A stretch of 64,000 nucleotides of DNA from an uncultured Nitrososphaeraceae archaeon (GCA_963728595.1 CAVSLF010000001.1:1-64000); one strand, 5' to 3'; positions 23,512 to 36,015 are shown, numbered from the stretch's first letter. The notes: a model not told the origin generated them from the sequence alone. Translations and numbers: made by a program.

Positions 23512-26500
23512 TTGATTAGAAAAGAAATTTCAATAATAATTTCGGCTGTATTCATAATAACGCTGATGACCTCGTCACCCCTGTCGTCAGTGAACGTAGC
23601 GGGCGCTCCTGTACATGATGGACAGGACTTTCTTTATTCTGTTTCGGTTAGTTCGACTTTCGTAAGAGTGCAACAAGGCAACTTCGGAACGTATGATGTC
23701 CAGGTATTAAGGGGTTCAGATGCAGGACAGTTTTCTGTAGCTTTGTCGGTAGTTAGCGATTACTCTCTGCCAAAAGCTGCTGTATCATTTGATCCACCTA
23801 TTCTCAATTTCGAGCAAGGACAAACTGCTGGAAACTCCACTTTGAAAATAAATAGCCAAGAGCTTGCGATTGGCACCACTGTCTTTAGAGTCCAAGCAAA
23901 GACGCAACCTCCAGCGACTTCAGATAAGGCTCTCAGCAATCCTGCCGCACTTATTATTAGAGCTGCGGATGCAAGACAGTCTGTCAGTCCTCTGACAGAC
24001 TCAGATTCTCAATCTTCATCTTCCTCAGAGTCGTTACGACCTGATAACCCACAAAGGAGTATGCCAGAGCCTCTCCCGACTAAATTAAACAATCCGCCTA
24101 TCGCTAAGGCAGGTCAAGATCTATTAAAAAATGAAGGCGAGAGAGTCGTCTTGGATGGCAGCGCCAGGTACCTGATCCAGATAAAGCTGCTCTATCGTTC
24201 TCATGGGAACAGATTAATCCTAGACAACCAACTATCAAACTGGACAGTTCTGAAACTTCAAACAAGGTTAGCTTCGTAATTCCAGATGTAGATAGGGATA
24301 CGATCTTTAGATTTAAACTGGTGGTAAAAGACGGTGATGGTGGACAGGCTCAGATTTTATTAATATACTCGCAAAGAATGTAGTAGTCTCTCTTTCGCCT
24401 GAAGAATTTTTGGCTAAACAAGAAGAGCAACAAAATCAAATTCAAGACTCAGTCGCTACGTCTAATGAGGATCCAACCAGGGCAGAAAATCATTCACCTA
24501 CGGCGGAGACGCAACAGATCCTATCAACAGAAGAGGGCAAATCATTACCTATTTCTTTAAAAGGTAATGATCCTGATAAGGATGACAAAATTTCATTTGT
24601 CATATTAACTAATCCATTACACGGAACAATAGCCGGATTTGATAAAACCAGCGGTTTAATGACCTACATACCGTCTTCGGCATTTACAGGACAAGATAAG
24701 ATTGCATTCAATATCGTAGATAACAGTGGTGCAAAAAGCAATGATGGTGTGATTGTTATAAGGATATATGCCGCTGATAGCCAGCGTCCTACATCTCAAT
24801 CATCACACTCTGGATCGTCACCTGACAACTCTTTACCAGATGATTCTTCATCTCTTTCATCACCATCACCATCACCATCTACAGCATATGAAAATACCAG
24901 CGCTCCATTGACACAGAGTACAAACTCTTCTGCTGTTACAACAAGTGACAATAAATCAAGTATCATCGCTCCCTTGACTCAGAGTACAAACTCTTCTGTT
25001 GTTACTACAGGTGATAATAGTTCAAATGGTTTTACATCATCTCAAAATAATACTAAAGGCAAGACATTCAGTTCATTTGCGGCTTCATTGGTTCAAGCTG
25101 GCGAGGAATACCAATTTATAAAAAAATGGGGTTCACCTGGTTCGGGTAATGGCCAATTCAACAACCCTCATGGTATTGCTGTAACGCGACCTTCAGGAGA
25201 TGTATACATCCTAGACAGTGCGAATAACCGCGTTCAAAAGTTTGATAGCAATGGCAATTTCATTTTGAAATGGGGTTCACCTGGTTCAGGTAATGGCCAA
25301 TTCAACAATGCTCACGGGATTGCTGTAGACCAATCTTCTGGTGAAGTATACGTAGCGGATACAGGAAACAACCGTGTTCAGAAATTTAGTAGCACTGGAA
25401 TATGGAGCCTAAGTTTTAACGGTAAGGCCCCTGGTAGTAGCCAGTTCAATCTGCCCGAGGGTATAGCTGTAGGTTCAGGCTTTGTCTACGTGTCTGATGT
25501 TAATAATCACAGGATCGTCAAATTCAATACTAACGGCCAGTTCGTCACCAAATGGGGAACAACTGGTGATGGCCAAGGCCAGTTTAAAGGTCCTCACGGT
25601 GTAGCCGTTGATAGTGGTAGCAATGTGTATGTGTCAGACTTTCTCAATAACAAGGTACAGAAATTTACAAGCACGGGCGGCTTTCTCACTGCATGGGGTT
25701 CTAGTGGTTCTGCCAATGGCCAATTTAATGCACCACATGGTATTGCAGTAGATTCTGATGGTAGTGTGTATGTTTCGGATCGTGGTAACAACAGAGTTCA
25801 AAAATTCAATAATGCAGGTGGATTTCTTACCAAATTTGGCTCTGCCTGCACTATTCAGCCGTGTCCTAAAGATGGCCAATTCAATGGTCCAGATGGAATC
25901 GGAGTAGGTTCTTCAGGCAGTGTATTTGTTACTGATATCGGAAATAATAGGGTGCAGGTATTTGCAATAGCTGGCACACCGCTTCCAACCGTACTTAGCA
26001 CTCAACCTCAAAATGGTGCCGTAGATGTACCATTAGATTCGGTGATAAACGCAAATTTCAGTAATGAAATGGATATCACGACAATCAATACTAATAACTT
26101 CAAGTTGTTTACAGAAGATGGCGTCACTGCTGTGGGTGGAACCGTCTCTTTGAGCAGCGACAATAAGAACGCAACCTTTACTCCGACTTCGAGTTTGTCT
26201 ACTTCACCTACATATAAAGGAACAATAAAGGGCGGTGCCGCTGGAGTAAAGGACATGGCAGGTAACCCACTTGCCACAGATTATTTATGGTCGTTTAGTA
26301 TGCGTGCTTCCATTTCAATCACTAGCATAAACACAACCACGCCCAAGTGGGGTTCTGCAATAAATCTAACTGGAACGGTGAGCAATTTCGTCTCAACTGA
26401 CAAGATAGTAGTAGATTGGGGCGACGGCACACCATCAACGGAAATATCACCTATTCTACCAGGAGGACATTTCTCGGTAATTCACACTTACGGCGTATCG

Positions 26501-29176
26501 GCTATAGGCGTACATAATGTGGTTGCAAAGCTTCAGACTATCGGCGGGGTGGTGAAGACTACATCTGAAGTAAAAGTGGTTACTGTGCAAAAGCACACAT
26601 CGGTGTTGACAATAGACATGAAACCAACTGAGTCGCCGCAGTGTGCCAACTGTCCGTTCTACGTTATTGGAAAGCTTACAGACTCTGACTCGATACCACC
26701 AGATAAAGAAGTGGGCGGAAAGACAATAACCCTCAGTGGATCGGGTGCATCGAGCCTTACTAATCCCGTTCATACTGGCGGAGTGTTATTTTCGGGTACA
26801 CCTTCTGAAAATCTGACACTAACCTCTAGTGTGTTGCAGATGCCCGTGGGGTCAGTGATTAATCTGCCAGCCGGGACCCATGGAGTTGCTTTCAAGTTCA
26901 AGGGGCCAGTCGGAATCATATTAACAAAAGGTAACGATCAAACAATCCAATTAAATGTCGCATCTGCCGAATACGACGCCCCTGAAGGTTTGAAAAGGAT
27001 AACCATAAGCTCAGGGTTGGGTGAACTTGAGAATCTAAATACACGAGACTTTGCAGTTGATGGGACTGACGATCATCAAATAGCTGTAGACTTTAGTCAG
27101 AATGTTGCAGCGCCAGGATCTTATTCTACCTTAGCGGTTAGCCCTGGTACATATTTCACATCAGGCATAACGCAAACACAAGATGGGAGCGCATTGAAAA
27201 TAGTTGCGTCATTCGATGGCGCTAGCGACCCAGCCTACCTCGGAGCGACAAGCCCTGAGATTAGCTATGATGTATCTCGTGCGGCTGGAGTTGGGGAAGG
27301 GACTGTTACTGCATATAGTGGAGTGGTATGGACGAAGCTAACTGTTGGAACTGCAATTGCAGGTGATGCATGTACAGTTAATGGTGTTGCAGGCACCGAC
27401 AATGATAAAGATGGTATTTGCGACAGATGGGAGGATCCGTTGAATACAGCGGCAGGCAACGATGCTACTCACAGGTACATCGTCTGTCCTACAGTTGCTG
27501 GCCCTCTGGCGATAGACCCACTTTGTTCGAATATAAATGGTGCAATCAAATATAATCTATGCATAAGCGATGCCTTCGCTAGTGTGTGGGGTAACAAGGC
27601 TGATGGCAGCACGATCTGTCCCACTCCCGGTCACAAGGATATCTATGTGGAGATTGATTATATGGCAAATCACCTCCCGAGTTCAGTCGCTATAAAGAGA
27701 GTGATAACTGCATTTGGTAATGCTCCAGTATCAAACATAAACCCAGACGCATTTGGCCGAGGGGGAGGCATCACGTTGCACGTTGTGGTGAGCGACCAGT
27801 TTGGGCGTGTGGCTCCTTACAACGCCTGGACTGACACTACTCCTAGTTTGAATGACTTCCGTGGCGTCAAGGAAGTGAATTTTGGTACAGCGAGCCGAGC
27901 GTGCTGGGACATCGGGAATGCCAGGGATGACTGCGGCAGCATGGACTAGTATTGGTAAGATACAGAAGCATTATGTATTTCATTACGGACAGTGGGTAAC
28001 ATATTATGGTGGGACATGCACGTCTTCTGGGCTGTCTTCCGGACTTGCCGAACTTTTAGGTAACGACTTTATGGTAAGCCTTGGCTGCGGCTTTGGCGGT
28101 AGCGATCCTTCAGGAGGCTCAGTGGGAACAGTCGACGAACAAGCCGGGACATTTATGCATGAACTCGGACACAACCTCAATTTGGCCCACGGTGGACCTG
28201 CGGCACTTGCGATAGGCAGTAGTAACTACAATATGAATTGCAAGCCAAATTATCTTAGTGTAATGAGTATTCAAGACAGATGCCAAACGCGGTATTGGAT
28301 GCTGCTTCTTGGGAAGCCGGATTTAACTACGCCGGAACCGGGACACTGACGGCATTAGATTATTCACGAAGCACCATTGCAGATGGTATATCTGAAGGAA
28401 CTGCTTCAGAGACTACAAACGTTCTTAGCTCGGATGCGAAGCAAAATTGGGTTCTCTACGGAACACCTACAAAAGTCCCAGCAGTGAGAAAGGTAGCGAT
28501 ACCAGCAGGAGGTTCTACTGTTGACTGGGATGGAAGTGGCACGAAGACAGGGACCGTGAGTGTTAACCTTAACGCCCTTTCGCCTACTGTGGCAGGTTGC
28601 GGGCCTATCGCTAACCCTTCGGCTTTTCCTAACTCCCCAGATCTGCCTGAAACCCTCAAGAGTTATAGCGACTGGGATAAGATTAGTTTGGTATTTGTAC
28701 CAGATGGGGACTCTCAGGATGGTGTGACTCAGCGAGTATCGCAGCCATTCATTAATAAAAATACGCAAGAACTCAAACCAGTCTTCCTACAATCAATTCA
28801 AGACGAAGTTTTACGAATACAATTTGTACCTCCTCCAAACCCAGACGGATCAAGTAAGTTCAATCCCGGCTCAACTGTGCCACTAAAGTTCAATCTTAAA
28901 GATAAGAATGGGATTTCAATACCCAATGCAGTAGTGACATTGGTCGCAGAGAAAGGTTCAACGACTATTATAGGCTCTACCCCATTTGTCTATTCCCCTG
29001 CAACAGCACAATACAAATACGAATGGATCACACCTCCGGGGGCATCGGGGATAGGAGAATGGACGCTAAAGTATATCGTAAACTACCACAGCACGAATCC
29101 AACCCTACCTGAATCAGTGTTACTCGGACCTTTCGCCACAGGACCATATACATTAAAGATAACGGGCACAAAATAG
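23512..29176 (+). CDS. giant surface protein: signal peptide, PKD/Ig-like, Ser/Thr linker, six NHL repeats, Ig-like (Big_5), metzincin-type Zn protease, PxKF-like C-domain; four frameshifts
   Basis: Joined by hand at ~24168, ~24350, ~27890 and ~28270. GQFNxPHGIAV...NNRVQKF repeats; HELGHNLNLAH plus SVMS(Y) Met-turn; GSTVPLKF. Confidence 0.8.
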
Positions 29177-29539
29177 TAGGCAAATTGTAAAGGCAAGGAC
29201 ACCTCCGGTCAGGCCCTAGAACAATAGACACAAGCAATTAACCCTGCAGTAAAAACGGTTAATTTGGAAAAAACTCAGCTGAGGATATCCAGAATCCCCG
29301 GCTATATTTTTGATGGAACTATGAATCAGGGTACGAATACCATTTAGATTTCCCTAATTTTCGATAGTAACATATTCTTAATTTCAACGCTATTGGGCAT
29401 TCATATGCATGGGGGATAACGATCACAATAGCTGAAAGGGGATCTCGTAGTCAAAAAGTGGAAGTCTCTTGGATCTAAAGTAACCTCTGCGACTAGGCTT
29501 ATTATTTCTTAGCTCGTCATCCGAGTTGCTAATTACAAA

Positions 29540-30465
29540 ATGTTAAGACACAACCTTAGGAAGTCAATTTCTTCAGTATTGATTTCTTCCATGATTCTCA
29601 TCGTCATACCCCCGCAACATGAACTAATTTTGGTAGCGAAAGCAGATCAAAAAGGCTCTGATTTTAATTTTGTAGCTGCGGGCGACTTTGGGTGCAATGC
29701 TGACTCGGAGAAAATCTTCAATATGATGAAAAATATGGAACCTGAGTTGTATTTGATGTTAGGTGATCTTACCCATGAACCCACTCTAGACTGTTGGTAT
29801 AACATGGTAAGATCAGCGGGATCTGCCGTAAAGGTGACAGTCGGAAATCACGATGTAGAGATCTCAGGGTTACAAGAGTTGATGAAAAATTTTAACCTGG
29901 CCAAACAGTACCTATTCTTTTGATTATCGTAACGCTCATTTGCTTTCACTTTCAAGTGAGCTGAGGCTCTGGTGAAGATCAAGGGCAGTTCGAGTTCGCA
30001 AGCGCGGACCTTGCCAAGGCAAAGTCAAATACAAATACTGCTTGGATAATCGTTTATTTCCACAGGCCTCTTTATTCTGGAAGTGGCTCAAAGAATGATG
30101 GAATGAGAGACATGTATCATCCGTTATTTCAAAAGTACAACGTTGACCTTGTGCTGAGCGGTCATGCACACAATTATCAGCGAACTTATCCATTGAATTA
30201 CCATGAGGACAGACCGGGAAGACCCTTAATATTGGACCATCAACAGTCCCAGTACATCCATCAATCAGGAACAGTCTTTGCAATTGTTGGCACGGGAGGA
30301 ATGTCAATTCATGGCGCGGATAAAAAACCGTACTTGGCAAGTCTATACGAAGGTTTTGGGTGCCTTCATGTGCAAATAAACGACAAATCGTTGAACGCTG
30401 AATTCTATACTGACAATGGTAAAACTATAGAATCACTTTACGATTGTCAAAAATCTAGAACCTGA
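29540..30465 (+). CDS. secreted calcineurin-like metallophosphoesterase (purple acid phosphatase-like), several frameshifts
   Basis: AAGDFG, GDLTH, GNHD, LSGHAHNYQRT, VGTGG. Confidence 0.8.
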
Positions 30466-31189
30466 CTCCGGGAATGTCCTTCACCATGTCGGATATGATA
30501 GTCCTCTAGAGTAACATACTACGTTCATAATATGACACAAGTTAGAGGAAGCGAAACTGTCTTCTCTAGGTGTCGTTCAGAAAAGTGTTGAGCAATGGAT
30601 TGCATTCGTTTACACGTCGTTCACAGACAGTAAAAGTACAATAGGTATTGTGTACTAATCTAATTAGAAGAGTTATTCCTGTCCCTATATACCCTTAATG
30701 TAATCTTTTTTTGACTCTGCTTTAACAGTTCCTTGCGACAGTGACCGCATAGAATTGAAGACAGAAAAAGAATAATCTTGTTTAGTAAGTTCATAATTTC
30801 TTAACACTAAACGACTATTTCATTTCTGGGTATATAGTTAAGTTAGCCCAATATAGGCTACTATTTATCATTACACTAGACTTTAATATTTTAAGATATG
30901 AGTAAGAGTACATCTTTCAAATAACCTGAGTAAGGGGTATATTTCTTCTGACCACAACCCCTTATTCAGTTTCTTATTCTCATTCCTGAAAATCATACCT
31001 AACATTTGTAGATATTCCCTCAGAAGTAACCCATTATCTACATCGTCGTTAACAGAGTCTATTCTCGGATCATGACATAACTTGATTGTCCAACATGCCA
31101 TCAAAGGTACACGATACCTGAAGAAATGAAGAATCATGTAGAGCCAGTACATCAATTAAACAAAGTTTACTTGGACTGGATATTTCTTC

Positions 31190-31525
31190 TTGAAGATAAG
31201 ATATCGCCTGTGGTATGTTAGGAACTCTTGCAACTATTGCGGTATTAGAAGAGCCAAACCCAATATCTACTCAGATACTATGAATGGTAAAGTTATTTAC
31301 GGGGTGCTCCCTGTTAAATTTGCAACAGAACATAAACAGATGTTGGCACACTTGCACATGCTAGTTAACAAAGAATGTTTGGCGATTCCACAAGAGTTTG
31401 ATAAATTGATAATAAGTCCTAGAACTGCATATGCGAATGAGTATTCACATGATAAAACACAATCTTCGTATTCAGATTCGTTAGATGCGTTAAGATTAGC
31501 ATGCAAGATGTATAAAATGAATTAA
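31190..31525 (+). pseudogene. probable C-terminal fragment of viral terminase large subunit (nuclease domain)
   Basis: PVKFATEHKQMLAHLH...FDKLIISPRTAYANEYSHDK...DSLDALRLA resembles the terminal D-x-x-D-A helix of TerL; recalled, not searched. Confidence 0.55.
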
Positions 31526-31540
31526 TAGAAAATGTTACGA

Positions 31541-32521
31541 TTATGGCGTATTGGTATTTTCTAGGAATGTTTTTATTATATTGCTGAATTGTTCTGGATA
31601 TTGGTACATCAACCCATGACCTCCTCCTTTAATCTGAACAAACCAAGATCCAGGAATAAGTTTTGCCATTCTTAAGGAATTTGCTGCCGGAGTAGCCGCA
31701 TCGTCAGTTCCTACTATGACTAGCGTAGGTTGAGTTATGTTTTTTAGTCTATCGCAAGTACTTGGCGCATTGGCTGCCGCTTCTATCTGCTTGTTAAGTG
31801 TTTGATTAAGAATTGTGTCTGTAGTTTTCGGAATATTTTCAAGATAATTCGGATTTTCATTGCGCCATTCTTGGGGGAAGAATAATGGTACAAGTCTTGC
31901 TATTCTGTCTTCTGCAGTTCCCGTTCCATTAACAAACTCCTTACGAACTTCCTGACTCTGTGGTACAGATCCATTACCACCGCAACCTATTGCATAGAGA
32001 ATAAGTTTTCCAACTCTATAAGGATAATTAAGTGTCAATTCCTGAGCAATTCTTCCGCCCATTGACCATGCCAGCACATCTGCTTTCTTGATGTTTAATG
32101 CTTCTAATAAGCCCGCGGTATCATTTGCAAATAGTGATATTGAGAACTTTTGTTCACTACCAGAGGTAGTATTTCCTATTCCTCGGTTATTAAAAACGAT
32201 TACGGTATGATTGGTAGTAAGAGTTTCTAATAAAGTTGAGTCCCAACTGTCCATGGCGAAGGAGTAACCACTTATCAGTAAAATAGGATCACCTTTACCA
32301 AAGGTCTTGTATGCAATATCTATATCTCCCACGTGAACTTTTTTTGTTTGAATATCTTGAATATTTGGCGTATTTGCATTTGCAAAATTGGTCAATGGTG
32401 CAGCAATGATGACAAGTGAGAAAATACTAGCAATAAGCACGGGACCTTTTTTTATCCCTTTTGGAAAATTCATTTTAACATCTAACATCAAGTCTTTATT
32501 AAGGTTTATTGAGGTAGCCAT
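31541..32521 (-). CDS. secreted alpha/beta hydrolase
   Basis: NNRGIG, AWSMGG elbow, GTDD, GGHG. Confidence 0.9.
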   Translation of the reverse strand: MATSINLNKDLMLDVKMNFPKGIKKGPVLIASIFSLVIIAAPLTNFANANTPNIQDIQTKKVHVGDIDIAYKTFGKGDPILLISGYSFAMDSWDSTLLETLTTNHTVIVFNNRGIGNTTSGSEQKFSISLFANDTAGLLEALNIKKADVLAWSMGGRIAQELTLNYPYRVGKLILYAIGCGGNGSVPQSQEVRKEFVNGTGTAEDRIARLVPLFFPQEWRNENPNYLENIPKTTDTILNQTLNKQIEAAANAPSTCDRLKNITQPTLVIVGTDDAATPAANSLRMAKLIPGSWFVQIKGGGHGLMYQYPEQFSNIIKTFLENTNTP

Positions 32522-32539
32522 AGAAGTAACTCAGAAAAA

Positions 32540-32800
32540 TTACACTTTACGCTCTTTGTCTTCCTCTTTCTCTTCCCCAAGTTTCCTATGTATTATCTCA
32601 TCGCGAAGGGTTACTATACCGTAGATTAATGGTGCCAGTCCCAAGCAGATGCCGACAGCGCCACCAATCGCAAAAGCCTCGGTACTATCAGGAGGAGGGT
32701 TGACTATGATGTCGAATGTATAGCGAAGACCACCAACAAATATTATGATTCCAAGAACTATTAACACTCCAGCGAGTATTGTATTTGATTTTATTCGCAT
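32540..32800 (-). CDS. small two-TM membrane protein
   Basis: Two hydrophobic helices with a charged tail. Confidence 0.65.
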   Translation of the reverse strand: MRIKSNTILAGVLIVLGIIIFVGGLRYTFDIIVNPPPDSTEAFAIGGAVGICLGLAPLIYGIVTLRDEIIHRKLGEEKEEDKERKV

Positions 32801-33030
32801 CGATACTTTAGGGTAATTGGGGGCTTAGATATTTTAATATGTTCCATTTTTAGCTTCTGCTGCAATTTTGAAACATCTAATGTCTTTTCCCAGTATCGGG
32901 TTAATTGGATAGGGCACAACCATATTTTGGATACGAATCTTGTTACACCTGTTAAAACAAATGTTGCCCGATAAATGATGATGGACTATGAAAAATTTAG
33001 ACTCACCATCACCTGTACAAGTCACTACAA

Positions 33031-33381
33031 GTGCTCTCTGATCGTACTTCTGTCGATATAATGAATGCTGTAGCGGAGGACGTCAGCGATTCAGGCAATA
33101 TTAGAGAATTGCTAGGCCTCACTTCAAAACAGTACGATATGAGATATTCTAGGCTCCTGAAGACAGGGATAATTAAACGAAAGAACTCCAAATTGACTCT
33201 TACTGCTTTTGGACAACTGATATACCAGGCGTTACTAAAAATCGCTACAGCCTTCAGACATTCTCGTGAATTAATAATGATAGATGCAATAAAATCCATT
33301 GCTGGTATGCCACACAATGAACAAAAGGATCTTATAGACAATCTAATTCTTGACGATGAAATCAAAAAATTATTTTCTTAA
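33031..33381 (+). CDS. winged-HTH-like hypothetical protein
   Basis: LTSKQYDMRYSRLLKTGIIKRKNSKLTLTAFG. Confidence 0.7.
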   Translation: MLSDRTSVDIMNAVAEDVSDSGNIRELLGLTSKQYDMRYSRLLKTGIIKRKNSKLTLTAFGQLIYQALLKIATAFRHSRELIMIDAIKSIAGMPHNEQKDLIDNLILDDEIKKLFS

Positions 33382-33427
33382 CGTAGGCGCTTTCTGTCAA
33401 TTCTTGAAAGCATTCTAAAATGCTTTA

Positions 33428-33676
33428 CTAGACCATCGGTTCCGTGGGGTCTGTAGAGGAATAGGCTAGCAGTACCGCACCAGACTTTAACTCATTCACT
33501 AATTCCTCATCCTTTATCTCCCACTTGTTACCCTTCAATCTAGGATTCAGTCCTCTACCTATTCGCTGCTTTGGTTTCTTCTCCACCTTGATCTTTCCTT
33601 TTGGACCCTTTGATGGTTCTTTGATTGGACTTAGTTCAGGCTCTACCTTTGTTTCATGCTTTTGTTTTTCTTCCAT
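33428..33676 (-). CDS. Lys/Glu-rich hypothetical protein
   Basis: 82-aa ORF with TATA-like element upstream. Confidence 0.55.
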   Translation of the reverse strand: MEEKQKHETKVEPELSPIKEPSKGPKGKIKVEKKPKQRIGRGLNPRLKGNKWEIKDEELVNELKSGAVLLAYSSTDPTEPMV

Positions 33677-33760
33677 TAACTAAGCCATGCTTTCGGATCT
33701 TATAGCATTCAGATCGTGTTAGCGTGAGGGAGGGAGAAAAAGAGAAAGAATAAGATTAAG

Positions 33761-34024
33761 TTGATAGTAAATGCGATTGATGGAACGTTGAGCGACGTAG
33801 GAAGAATAGCAACTTGTAATCGATGCTTTAAACAAAAGGAGATAGAAATGCAGAGTACTGTACATGGAAAGAATAATTTTGAATGGACTGAACGGTTGTG
33901 TGGAGAATGCTCTGACAAGCAATATAGACGCTCATGTGAATTATGTGGCCAAATACTTGCCACCTGGGACTATAGGAAGCATCTAACGGACAATCATTCA
34001 AAAGAAGATACAGCGAAACTTTAG
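33761..34024 (+). CDS. zinc-finger protein
   Basis: CNRC, CGEC, CELC...H...H. Confidence 0.7.
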   Translation: MIVNAIDGTLSDVGRIATCNRCFKQKEIEMQSTVHGKNNFEWTERLCGECSDKQYRRSCELCGQILATWDYRKHLTDNHSKEDTAKL

Positions 34025-34144
34025 AAAAAATATGGTTTAGGTTTCATTCTCTCGACTCATTAATCTATCGCACAAGGTCATCTGTTATTTCACCCTGGTT
34101 TGTGCAAAATTTAATTTTAATAACAACCCATCATAATAACGATA

Positions 34145-34354
34145 ATGTCAGTCCAAACGTTTTCTTGTTCCAATTGTAACGAGCCATTCAGCGTACACCT
34201 TCCAGAAGATGGGACAAGAGCAGACTCTAGTAAAAGTCAAGACATAGACACAACTGATCACAATTTAGAGCGCACAACACAATGTCAGAATTGTGAGCAC
34301 AGCAACACAATTTACTATTGTACCGTAACTCATGCTATATTGGCTGACGCTTAG
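34145..34354 (+). CDS. zinc-ribbon microprotein
   Basis: CSNC...CQNC. Confidence 0.7.
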   Translation: MSVQTFSCSNCNEPFSVHLPEDGTRADSSKSQDIDTTDHNLERTTQCQNCEHSNTIYYCTVTHAILADA

Positions 34355-34420
34355 GTATTAGTGCTCTTTGATCTACCTATTGCCAGAAAATCTAATAATC
34401 ATCGTACAACCAATGATTTG

Positions 34421-34624
34421 TCAGTCCGTGAAGACACCTGTGGATTTATAGTCCTGGTAGGACATCTGCTTAAGATTTACCACTAGATTTTCAACTTCGT
34501 AAGAATCATTTAATTCGTTTAATTTCGGGGTTTCTAGACCAAGGGACTCCAACTCTGACATTGAGCTAGCCAAATCCCATTCACCGTTCGTTATATCAGA
34601 CATGTTATACATACTGGACACCAA
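34421..34624 (-). CDS. small acidic hypothetical protein
   Basis: Coding supported by the paralog at 22267-22443, which differs largely at synonymous sites. Confidence 0.7.
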   Translation of the reverse strand: MVSSMYNMSDITNGEWDLASSMSELESLGLETPKLNELNDSYEVENLVVNLKQMSYQDYKSTGVFTD

Positions 34625-34756
34625 AATATTAAAGACTTTTAATTTACTGTAGGGAGCTTAGCGTGTGCGATCCTACCACCTGCTCTCGGTTAACTTTGTT
34701 AAGGAATTATTAATACTTCTTTTCCCGCTGTAGGTAGTACGGTAAGTGAATTTGGG

Positions 34757-35008
34757 ATGACGTCTTATTCATCTCATATGCGTGGAGTTGCTTTGAGTCT
34801 TCTTGTTATGGGATTATCAGTTGCAGCGATACTCATCGCCTACGAGTCTTTTGGCCACGTTGGTCCAAAATTTTCAGCAGATTTGCTCGTCAAGCAACAA
34901 GCAGCGCTAAGGAAGCAATATGGTTTACCTCCAACGCCTGTTATTACGAACGACTCCCTGTTACTTGTTCCTCCGTCGTTGAGGAATATTACCCAAAACA
35001 ACAAGTGA
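34757..35008 (+). CDS. small membrane-anchored protein
   Basis: N-terminal TM helix; LRKQYGLPP...LLVPPSLR. Confidence 0.65.
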   Translation: MTSYSSHMRGVALSLLVMGLSVAAILIAYESFGHVGPKFSADLLVKQQAALRKQYGLPPTPVITNDSLLLVPPSLRNITQNNK

Positions 35009-35049
35009 CTTTAGAGGCTACTTTATTATCAAAGTACTCTTTTTATGCA

Positions 35050-35199
35050 ATGTTGATTCTTTTAATAGAGGACAATGATGAAATTTCAGAAGCAATGGCA
35101 TTCTATTGTGGCGCTAAGAAAGATATAGACCGTAAAGTGACCAATAGTGGTCACGAAGGATCCGCAAGGAGAAATTTGATCTTGTTTAATGGGACATGA
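35050..35199 (+). pseudogene. response regulator receiver fragment
   Basis: MLILLIEDNDEISEAM...TNSGHEG, truncated before the phospho-Asp. Confidence 0.6.
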
Positions 35200-35293
35200 A
35201 ATTAACAAAAAGTTAATGTCTCAATCAGGAAACAACGTTGCACAAATATCCTGTAGTCCTATATCTAATTAGTTACTAACTATTAGCAATACA

Positions 35294-35732
35294 ATGAAAG
35301 CACAGATAACAGTTATTGCCATCGCTTTCATGGCTACAATGCTAATAGCAACTCCGACAATATTTAGCAATTCGTCGGTTAATACCGCATTTGCGAAGAC
35401 AACCCATGACTATTGCTATGTAGCCATGCATTATTCCGGGAATTTTTTGGTAGGATCCCATAGCGATTGTTTTAAAACGTTAAGCGATTGTCAAGTAGCG
35501 CAAGCAACCGTACTCCGTGAGGGAGTGGGAAGTTTTTCAGCCAAAATAACCAAAGACTGTTTTAAATCTACAAACTCAGATAAATCTACAAATGACTATT
35601 GCTGGGATTCACGCCCCGCTAGCGATGGTAAACAATGTTTTGGAAGTAAAAAAGAATGTGAAAGCGCCAGAGAAAGAGCCAGCGGCAGGAAAGAATTATT
35701 ATAGAGTAGGCTCAGAGTGCTACAAACTTTAG
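35294..35732 (+). CDS. secreted protein with two 4-Cys repeats; frameshift near 35685
   Basis: YC..CF..C..CFK repeated; the second repeat is completed in another frame (GKNYYRVGSECYKL*). Confidence 0.7.
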
Positions 35733-36015
35733 TAAAAAGATAGGCCCCTATTGAACTACGTGCCAGGAGCCATTGGATATAATACTCCGATGGGCCTTTT
35801 TGTTGCTAGACGCAATGGCCCACCAGAGAGTGCGGCACTCTTCTTGGAAAAGAGTACCAATTATGATAAGGTCACATAGTATTTACAACTGAGATGATAG
35901 CTAGGCTGATACCTAGGACATAGCTCAAAAAAATAGTTTAGTCGTGGCTCGCGATTATACTATTATGGTGTATTTGTCTTACAGAAGTCAAAATAAAAAG
36001 TAGGGGCACACCCCT

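Noticed and set aside
25120..25960. Internal DNA repeats as a possible DGR template/variable pair
   Set aside because: Explained by NHL blade duplication; differences are not adenine-specific and there is no reverse transcriptase in the window
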